Below, piece by piece: positions 54,786-64,000 of a stretch of 64,000 nt of DNA. Location: assembly GCA_951406725.2 (NCBI GenBank), contig OX597838.1:29016001-29080000 (forward strand), read 5' to 3'. Origin of the DNA: Octopus vulgaris. Its lineage: Eukaryota. The notes under the pieces were generated by a model that was not told the origin of the DNA, did no database searches, and saw nothing but the letters and a program-made list of their open reading frames with translations. Both the position numbers and the translations under genes were made by a program. Numbering within the stretch: the stretch's first letter is position 1; each line of letters starts with the position of its first letter.

Positions 54786-55730
54786 TATTGATATAAGTGT
54801 GTATGTGTGTGTGTATGTGTATGTGTGTGCGTATGTGTATGTATGTGTGTGCGTGTATGTATGTGTGTATTTGTGTGAATGTGTGTGTATGTGTGTGTAT
54901 GTGTGTGTATGTGTGTGAATGTGTGTGTATGTGTGTGTATGTGTATGTGTGTGTATGCGTGTGAATGTGTGTATGTGTGTGTGTATATGTATGTGTGTGA
55001 ATGTGTGTGTATGCGTGTGTATGTGTATGTATGTGTGTATATGTGTATGTGTGTATATGTGTATGCGTGTGAATGTGTGTGTATGTGTCTGTATGTGTGT
55101 ATGTGTGTGTGTATGTGTATGTGTGTGTATGTGCGTGTGTATGTGTATGTGTGTGTGTATGTGTGTGTATGTACGTGTGTACGCGTGTGTATGTGTGTGT
55201 GTGTGTGTAATGTAGTATGTATACATGCCTGTATGCATATTATATATATTCTATATGTAATAAAGAATATATATATAATACAGCATATATATATATATAT
55301 GTAATATAATGTGATACTGTTGATATATGATGTATTGTGTACGTATATAGTATAGTGTATATATGTTATATACATACACATATTGATTGATTGATTGATT
55401 CTAGTTTCAGCTTATGAGCTGTGGCCATGCTGGGGCACCGCCATATGTATAAATATATACACTCAAAATTGCATATACCTATGTAGACACACACACACAT
55501 ACACACACACACATATATATATTGTGTATATATAATTATAATATAATGGATTTTTTAAAGCAGGGATTAGCTGCGAGTTTCTTTGCAATCAGTAGACAAA
55601 AACTCCCTTTATAGATGTTTAAAATCTAAAACACAACAAGAAAGGGAGATAACTTTGATGACATTAGCAAATCGAAGTTTTTGGATAGGAAAGCAACAGA
55701 TACGCACAAATACGTACATAGACACACACG

Positions 55731-55785
<55 letters not shown>

Positions 55786-55984
55786 ACACTGAGTGATGTA
55801 CAAGAAAATCAAAATAAAACAAAATAAACATCTGAGATATCTGATGGATATATATATTTTTTTCCGATCATAGAACTGTCAATAACATATTATTGAAGTC
55901 TTAGTTACTGATTTTTATGGCAGATCAATAGAAACAACAACAACAATAATAATACTTATAATAATAATAATGATAATAATAATG

Positions 55985-56035
<51 letters not shown>

Positions 56036-56121
56036 GTAATAATAACAATAATAATAATAATGGTAATAATAATAATGATGATGATAATAATAATAATAAT
56101 AATGGTAATAATAATAATAAT

Positions 56122-56221
56122 ACTGGTGTGCCCTTATCAGACGGGTAGTCATGATGGGTATATTGGGCTTCGTATATTTTACCCCAGTGTCACTTTGATG
56201 GCATGAACTGCTCTCTCACTC

Positions 56222-56222
<1 letters not shown>
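56122..56222 (+). mobile_element. 3' end of the (TAA)n-associated repeat
   Basis: CCCTTATCAGACGGGTAGTCATG..CTCTCTCACTC embedded in (AAT)n. Confidence 0.7.
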
Positions 56223-56264
<42 letters not shown>

Positions 56265-56324
56265 GTAATAATGATGATGATGATGATGATAATAATGATG
56301 ATAATAATAATAATAATAATAATG

Positions 56325-56359
<35 letters not shown>

Positions 56360-56365
56360 AATAAC

Positions 56366-56396
<31 letters not shown>

Positions 56397-56479
56397 GTAA
56401 TGATAATAATGATGATGATGATAATAATAATAATAATGATAATAATAATAATAATGGTAATAATGATAATGATGATCAT

Positions 56480-56646
56480 CCTTTCTACTGTAGGTGCAAT
56501 GTTTGGAATTTGTGGGGAGGGGTTAGTCGATTAGGATGAAGGGCAAAGTCGGCCTCGGCGGAACTTGAACTTAGAACGTAGCGGCAGACGAAATACCGCC
56601 AATCACTTCCCCCACCGTGCTAACGATTCCGCCAGCTCGCCACCTA
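56480..56646 (-). mobile_element. SINE family B with internal deletion
   Basis: Reverse complement of the GGTGGCGAGCTGGCGGAATCGTTAGCACGG head. Further fragments lie at 45193-45337, 45617-45790 and 49290-49417 (all minus). Confidence 0.75.
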
Positions 56647-56686
<40 letters not shown>

Positions 56687-56808
56687 TCTGAGGTCCTTGT
56701 TATGACTTGACAAACAGTACAAACCTCCGGTAGATACAATATATTCAATCAACAACCTCACGATATTGTATACTATGCGACGTCTATAATAATAATAATA
56801 ATAATAAT

Positions 56809-57509
56809 TACCAAAAACATGTAATGAAAAGAAATATTACAAGTAACTGCAGAATATGTGGAGATGGACAAGAAACAATAAATCATATTATCTCTAGCTG
56901 CCCAGTCCTGGCTAAGAAGGAATATATTCACAGACATGACAGAGTTGGAACCTACATACATTGGAAGCTATGCCAACATTATGGAATAACAACAGAAAAG
57001 AGATGGTATAGGCACACACCAGAAAAGATCACAGAAAACGAGAAAGCAACCATACTCTGGGATATGCCGATACACACAGATAGAGAAATTAAGGCCAACA
57101 GACTAGATATAGTTGTCAGAGATCATGAAGAAAAAAATGCTTTCTAATTGATGTATCAATACCGGCAGATGACAACGTGTCTCTAAAAGAAATGGAGAAA
57201 CTCTCAAAATACAAAGACCTGGAAATAGAGGTAACTAGAATGTGGAATCTGAAAACAGAAACAATTCCTATCATGGTAGGTGCATTAGGCATGATAAAAA
57301 ATATTCAGACAAATACATAACAAAAACACCAGGACTTACAAACACATATAACATACAGAAAATTGCACTACTAGGCACTGCACACATCCTACGCAGAACA
57401 CTTTCCATACAATAACCATCAGAGCACCACAACAAATCACAGCACATACCCAAGGCACACAGAGCTGCGCTCGGTAGTGAAGTGAAAGCACGCTATAAAA
57501 ATAAAACTA

Positions 57510-57512
<3 letters not shown>
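56809..57512 (+). mobile_element. R4/Dong-clade non-LTR retrotransposon, 5'-truncated (zinc knuckle plus restriction-like endonuclease)
   Basis: It reads CRICGDGQETINHIISSC (CCHC), RHD, ILWD, RLDIVV..IDVSIP..KYKDL, VGALG and KIALLGTAHILRRTL, with a stop at 57415 and two frameshifts. It is flanked by (AAT)n, the known Dong target. Confidence 0.92.
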
Positions 57513-57567
<55 letters not shown>

Positions 57568-57581
57568 GTAATAGTAATATC

Positions 57582-58055
57582 AATGATAAAGCAACCATAC
57601 TCCGAGATATGCCAATTCACACACAGATAGGAAGATCAAGGCTAATCGACCAGATATCTTTGCCCAGGACAACCAAGAAATAAAATTCCTTCTAATCGAC
57701 ATGTCAGTCCCAAAAGATGACATTGTATTTCTAAAAGAAATGGCGAAACTATCGAAATGCAAAAATTTGGAAACAGAAACATCTAGATCGTGGGCCCGAA
57801 AAACAGGAACTATTATTATAAAGCTATAAGAAGAAGTGCTTTAGGTATGATCCAAAATATGAAGACAGATGCTTAACGAAAATCGCAGGATTTACGAATA
57901 TATGTAACATACAGAAAATAACACAGCTAGGCATCGCTAACATCTTACGTAGAGTAATTTCGAATACGACAAAAATAACAGCAAACCCAGCGACAGCATG
58001 TGGTCGAGGCTCATAAGACGGCGCTCGGTAGGGCTTTGAGAGCAGGCAATAAAAG
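57582..58055 (+). mobile_element. Older R4/Dong-like 3' fragment
   Basis: Degenerate homologue of 57040-57505 (KANRPDI..LIDMSVP..QKITQLGIANILR). Confidence 0.75.
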
Positions 58056-58369
58056 TGAGATCACCGAATGACGACGACGATGATGATGATGATGGTGACG
58101 ACGATGATGATAATGATAATAATGATGATGATGATGATGACGATGATGACGACGATGATGATGATGATGATGACGACGATGGTTGTGGTGGCCATAATGA
58201 TAATGATGATGATGATGATAGTGATGGTCGTGGTGGCCGTGATGATGACGATGATGATGATGATGATGATGATGATATCGACGACGACGATAAGTGTGGT
58301 GTTTGGTGGTAATGGTGAATGTGGCGGCGGTAATAATGGTGATGATGATGACGATGATAATGATGACAG

Positions 58370-58400
<31 letters not shown>

Positions 58401-58689
58401 TATCTCAAAGACATTTGTTACCTCATTCATTATAGATTTCCCAAGACTGTTATATACGTACGCTGGCAATAAAAAAAATTCTCTTAAATAATGGAAGAAA
58501 AAAAAAACCCAAAGAAAAAAAACAAACGAAGCAGAAAAACAAACAAAAAAAAAGACTAAGTAATTTTTTTTAAAAGACCACAGAAAATACTTTCTGGTAC
58601 TCCGTCTGTCTGCCTGCCTGTCTGTCTGTCTGCCTGTCTGCCTGTCTGTCTGTCTGTCTCTCTCCCACGCTTTTCATCTCAGTATTTCA

Positions 58690-59150
58690 TGTTCTCTCTC
58701 TTTCCTCCCACCTTCCTTTCACTCTCTTTGCCTCCCTCCCTCTGCGTTTCATGCTATCTCTTTCCCCCTCTCTTTCTCTCTCTCTCTGTCACTCTCCCTT
58801 CGCTCTCACTCTCACACTTTTTCTCACACTATTTCATGCTCTCTCTCTTTCTTTGCTTCCCACCTCCCTTTCACTCTCTTTGCCTCCCACCTCCCTTTCA
58901 CTCTCTTTACCTCCCACCTCCCTTTCACTCTCTTTGCCTCCCACCTCCCTTTCACTCTCTTTGCCACCCTCCCTCTGTGTTTCATGCTTTCTCTTTTCCA
59001 CTCTCCTTCTCTCTCTGTGTTACTTTCTCTTCTCTCTCTCCTACACTTTTTTCTCTCAGTATTTCATGCCCTCTCTCTCTTTCCTCCCACCTCCCTTTAA
59101 CTCTCTTTGCCTCCCTCCCTCTATGTTTCATGCTTTCTCTTTCCCCCTCT
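58690..59150. repeat. Pyrimidine-rich minisatellite, ~27-bp unit CCTCCCACCTCCCTTTCACTCTCTTTG
   Basis: Four to five tandem units at 58856-58970, plus dispersed copies. Confidence 0.8.
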
Positions 59151-59314
59151 CTCTCCCCCATACATATCTACACGTGTTGCTTCTTGATAATTTTTCCTTT
59201 TCTACCAAGTCAGTGTGAAAAAGACAGCTCGAGCTCAATCCCTCATTTCACCCCCAACACACACATATATTCTTTTATTATTCTTATGACGCAATGATAG
59301 ATCGTTAGCTCCTA

Positions 59315-59485
59315 CACGCATTTTTTTTTCTCTCCTTGTTTTTTTCTGTGTATCTTTCTGTCGAAATGCGTAGACTCGAAACGTAAAAGACTTTTTCTAT
59401 TCCTGAGCGCTATACTAATACATTTTTTTGTTTGTACTCCACCTGCCTTCGTCTTTTGTTTATTTTCGTAAATTTTCCCTTTAGA
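59315..59485 (+). mobile_element. Short PLE-type element with minimal HHR (59353-59390)
   Basis: TCTTT-CTGTCGA-A-ATGC GTAG ACTC-GAAAC-GTA-AAAGA. It ends in (TA)n. Confidence 0.75.
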
Positions 59486-59528
59486 TATATATATATATAT
59501 ATATATAATACATACATACATACATACA

Positions 59529-59577
<49 letters not shown>

Positions 59578-59580
<3 letters not shown>

Positions 59581-59708
59581 TATTATATAGAAGGAGCTTC
59601 TACAGGACTAGTACTGTTTCATTCAAGAGAAATCTTCAGGAAGCTCCTGAAGATTTCTCTTGAATGAAACAGTACTAGTCCTGTAGAAGCTCCTTCTATA
59701 TAATAAAT
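59578..59708. repeat. Perfect palindrome (64-bp arms, 3-nt loop) made of two opposed hammerhead motifs
   Basis: 59578-59641 is the exact reverse complement of 59645-59708. Confidence 0.95.
59593..59647 (-). ncRNA. Type-I hammerhead ribozyme, fully paired
   Basis: GGAGCTTC-CTGAAGA-T TTC tctt GAA T-GAA-ACAG tactagtc CTGT-A-GAAGCTCC gives an 8-bp helix I, a 4-bp helix III and a GUA site. Confidence 0.85.
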
Positions 59709-59774
59709 TAATTTTACTCTGCTATGTATTGAGTACCTTACTTACTGTGGTTAACCCCGAATCAACCCGGGACC

Positions 59775-59841
<67 letters not shown>

Positions 59842-59859
59842 GTATGTATGTATATATAT

Positions 59860-60213
59860 TTTTTATTCTTTTATTTGTTCAAGTTCATTTGACTGCGGCC
59901 ATGCTGAAGCACAGCCTTTTAGTCGAACAAATCGATCCCAGGATTTATTCTTTGTAAGCTTAGTACTTATTCGATCGGTTTTCTTTGCCGAACCGCTAGG
60001 TTACTGGGACGTAAACACACCAGCATCGGTTGTCAAGTGATGGTGGTGGGGGACAAACACAGACACACGCACGCCCCTATATATATTTACACATACATAC
60101 ATATACATATATAAGACGGGGCTTCATTCAGTTTCCGTCTACCAAATCCACTCACAAGGCTTTGGTCGGCCCGAGGCTATAGTAGAAGACACTTGCCCAA
60201 GGTGCCACGCAGT
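59860..60213 (-). mobile_element. SINE family A, 5'-truncated
   Basis: Matches the consensus up to CACTGCGTGG. Confidence 0.85.
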
Positions 60214-60214
60214 G

Positions 60215-60246
<32 letters not shown>

Positions 60247-60309
60247 TGTATGTATGTATGTATGTATGTATGTGTGTGTGTATGTATACATATATATATT
60301 ATATAGATT

Positions 60310-60342
<33 letters not shown>

Positions 60343-60624
60343 TACATATTCAATAAGGACAACTGAAATCTTTATCGAATTTTACATTAATTTCGACAAA
60401 GACCACCTCTTCACAAGCTGTAACCATCTCCGCTTATATATGATATCTATCAAAGTTCCCCCATCTCTCTCTCTCTTTCTCGTACTCTTTTTCTCTGTTA
60501 CTCTTATATATATATAATATATATATATGCATATATACATATATATACATACATATATGCATACATATATATGTATGTATATATATACATACATATACAT
60601 ATATGTATATATATACGTACATAT

Positions 60625-60677
<53 letters not shown>

Positions 60678-60709
60678 ATATATATATATGCATGTATTCA
60701 TATATATAA

Positions 60710-60740
<31 letters not shown>

Positions 60741-60794
60741 TATATATGTATCTATATATATACATATACGTATATGTATATATATATATATATA

Positions 60795-60829
<35 letters not shown>

Positions 60830-61104
60830 ATATATATATATGTACAGGCACATATTTCTATATATATATATATTTATACATATATAAGCGCACATATACA
60901 CATATTTCTGTGTATATTTCTATGTATATTTGTGTATGTGTGTGTGTATGTGTGTGTGTGTGCGTTTGTGTATGTGTATGTGCGTGTGTGTGCATGTATG
61001 CATGTGTGTATGTGTGTGTGTGCGTATGTATATACAGCTGTTACATAGCTTGAAGCATTAATTAACGTCTAGAGCCTATATTCAGAGAAAACTAGACGCA
61101 TTCA

Positions 61105-61314
61105 TCATTCATTCGTGTATATTGTGGTCAAATAAAATTCTGGAGTTCTGGAGCTGATGAAATCTTTAAACATCGGTTCGATTTTTGAACTCCTTCTCCC
61201 GCATAAACCATCAAGTTGTTTGACAATGTGGTAATCGGTAGGAGAAAGGTCTGGGGAATAAGCTGGGTGGGGAAGAACTTCGTAGCCAAGTTCCCTCAAG
61301 TTCTGGTGCGTCAT
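61105..61314 (-). pseudogene. Mariner transposase fragment (C-terminal DDD region)
   Basis: LRELGYEVLPHPAYSPDLSPTDYH contains the diagnostic YSPDL(A/S)P.D motif. Confidence 0.9.
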
Positions 61315-61324
61315 AATATATATA

Positions 61325-61495
61325 TATATGTTTCAAAAGGATGCAAAAATATGAGACAACAAAGGTGTATTAGTTTGACACTCAGGAAAAATGGAAGACG
61401 TCTTTGACGTTTCGAACCTACGCTCTTAGACAGAAGCATGAATGGGGATATAAGACAGATGGAGAGAGAGGAAAACACGATGAGAAAAACCCATG
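61325..61495 (-). mobile_element. Short PLE-type element with degenerate minimal HHR (61402-61437)
   Basis: GCTT-CTGTCTA-A-GAGC GTAG GTTC-GAAAC-GTC-AAAG on the minus strand. Confidence 0.7.
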
Positions 61496-61611
61496 CACAC
61501 ACACACACACATACACACACATGTATATATATTCGTATATACATATATATAAAAGTTTTATATATGTATGTGTGTGTGAAAATGTATGTATGTGTGTATA
61601 TATATGTATAT

Positions 61612-61673
<62 letters not shown>

Positions 61674-62201
61674 TACATACATACATATATATATATATAC
61701 ATACATACATATATATACACACAAGATAATCACACTAGATTGCTCTGGAGTAGAAGACATGACAATGTTTGAAATAGCACCGAGTACAACATCGTGTCAT
61801 GTTGTAGATAATTAATCAAATTTGATGGCTTTGAAGTGGAACATGTGACAAAGTGAGTTTTGAGTTTGTTGGCAGCAGAAGTCAGAAAAGAAACATAAGA
61901 ATGAAAAAAAAAACAACAACAAAAAACAAAACGAAAAACAAAAAACGAGACTTACAAACATCTACAGCGGTGAGAGGAGTTAGAGACGTAAGCTGTCAGA
62001 TGTGAGAATAAGAAGTAAGAATTACAAAAAGAAACAGGTCTGTAAGGTGGTGGTAGTTGGTGACTCGAAGGCCTATGTCAGCCCAGTTGCAAGCTACGTT
62101 TCGCTTCCGGGTTCAGTCTCACTGTGTGGCACCTTGGGCAAGTGTCTTTTAATATAGCCTTGTGAGTGGAGGATTTGGTTGATGGGAACTGAAAGAAGCT
62201 A

Positions 62202-62235
<34 letters not shown>

Positions 62236-62238
<3 letters not shown>

Positions 62239-62438
62239 GTGACCGCGTGTGTACCGTTGGCGATTTTTTCCTCCTCTGTCTTCCCTTCTCTGGATCTTTC
62301 CTTCTCCTATGTTTCTGTCGAAAAGCTCCGCTCGAAACGTTAAACCCTCCTTCTTTCCTTCCTTCCTGAGCGTCCAATAATACTATATTTGTTCCACGTC
62401 CTCGCGTTGTTGTGTTTTTTTGTGATTTCATGTTTGGA

Positions 62439-62443
<5 letters not shown>
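62236..62443 (+). mobile_element. Short PLE-type element with minimal HHR (62311-62345), in (TA)n
   Basis: GTTT-CTGTCGA-A-AAGC TCC GCTC-GAAAC-GTT-AAAC, with pure (TA)n on both flanks. Confidence 0.8.
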
Positions 62444-62511
<68 letters not shown>

Positions 62512-62568
62512 AGTAAATACATATATTCGCTACAGGTGTACACTACATGTATATATGTATATATATAT

Positions 62569-62870
62569 ATCACCGTGACCGACCAGGTTATCATATGCTG
62601 CTACACATCGCTGGTCACAATGCGTTTCGTATTGTTTTAGCCTTCAAACGACGCCACCCCGCTGGCTAAGCGAGCAGGCCAACAGAGAAAAGAGTGAGAG
62701 AAAGTTGTGGCGAAAGAGTACAGCAGGGATCGCCACTACCCACTGCCGGAGCCTCGTAGAGCTTTAGGTGTTTTCGTTCAATAAACACTCACAAAGCCCC
62801 GACTGGAAATCGAAACTGCGATCCTACGACCGCGAGTCCACTGCCCTAACCACTGGGCCATTGCGCCTTC
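62569..62870 (-). mobile_element. tRNA-headed SINE with RTE-derived tail (Ceph-SINE-like)
   Basis: Head GGCGCAATGGCCCAGTGGTTAGGGCAG..GTTTCGATTTCC. The tail TGTGACCAGCGATGT..CTGGTCGGTCACGGTGATA is shared with the RTE LINE end at 8584-8645. Confidence 0.8.
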
Positions 62871-62880
62871 AACATATATG

Positions 62881-62929
<49 letters not shown>

Positions 62930-63725
62930 ATTCCATCACACCGCTTCATGGTCGTTGTTGGCGTGTTCACGTTCCCGTAACTTAGCGATTCAGCAAATCG
63001 ACCGCCCCCCACCCCCCCAAAAAAACAAACTTATTTCTACAGCTGAGTGAACTGGAGCAACGTGAAGTAAAGTATCTTGCTCAAGAACACAACTCACAGC
63101 CCGGTCCGGGAATCAAACTCGCTACCTCCTGATTCTGAGCCCGGCGCTCTAACCACTGAGCCATGCGCCTCCACAAGTTCGCTTTAAATCTTGGTATACA
63201 AAATTTTTTCCTTTGATAGTTTCAGCTTTGCCCTGTGCATAACTCACACTCCAATCTTTCCAGTTCAAATCAAGAACAAAATCGTACGACTTCATACTGC
63301 ATACGTTTGTTACTACATCGTATATATCATCGTATATTTCTATTCTAATGCTCTTTTCCGCCATTACACAAACTGACTAGAAGTGGTTCTCTATAGCATT
63401 GTTTTCGAAATCACCTTTAAATACTTCCATTTTGTCTTGTAGGTTTTTATCCATTCATGTCTTGACTGCTTTATTCATTTCTTTGTATCGTTCCGCTTTG
63501 ATAATATCGATGATGGACCGTTCAACGTATTTTCTTCTATCTTTTCTTCTTCCTTTTCAAACTCTCCTCTCTCAGTTTTGATGTTGGGTTGACCTGTTAC
63601 TTACTTCTCGGTTTCTAAGATGGCGGCTTCTTTTGTTGATTTCTTTGTTGTTTATTTGAAAAGACGTATACACGGGGTTGTTGTCGTCTGTTTCAGTCTG
63701 CTGCAGAGGTGCACAAGTGCCTCAC

Positions 63726-63805
<80 letters not shown>

Positions 63806-64000
63806 GCCTGCCTGCCTGTCTGCCTGCCTGTCTGTCTGTCTGTCTGTCTGCCTGCCTGTCTACCTGCCTGCCTGCCTGTCTGTCTGTCTGCCTGTCTTTC
63901 TGTCTGTCTGTCTGCAGGGAGAAGAGTGGCTGTGTGGGGAATGCAAGTGAGCAAATATGGAGACGATCGATGCAAAGGAACAGATAAAAACCCTTGGGTT

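Noticed and set aside
60375-60420. Minus-strand GTGAAGA..GAAAT TAAT GTA possible hammerhead
   Set aside because: C3 is mutated and all helices are weak, so it is too degenerate to support.

Overview
This is AT-rich eukaryotic intronic or intergenic DNA dominated by microsatellites ((TA)n, (CA)n, (GATA)n, (TATG)n, (GA)n, (ACC)n, (CAT)n, (AAT)n). The SINE repertoire and microsatellite load point to an octopus (cephalopod) genome, which is my inference. I cannot support any intact host protein-coding gene. Nearly all supplied ORFs are microsatellite or SINE read-throughs, and there is only a weak first-exon candidate near 5.3-5.5 kb. Recognisable content: at least four tRNA-headed SINE families, RTE and R4/Dong LINE fragments, mariner remnants, a Helentron-like element and four decayed Penelope-like element (PLE) GIY-YIG remnants. 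The main signal, read by eye on both strands, is about 22 type-I hammerhead ribozyme (HHR) motifs from several short PLE-type families. They sit in (TA)n tracts, often as inverted or perfectly palindromic pairs. They show stem covariation, palindromic helix III sequences and recurrent non-canonical cores (A6U, U10.1/U11.1, U4C, one G15.1-C16.1). Coordinates were counted manually and repeat boundaries are approximate.
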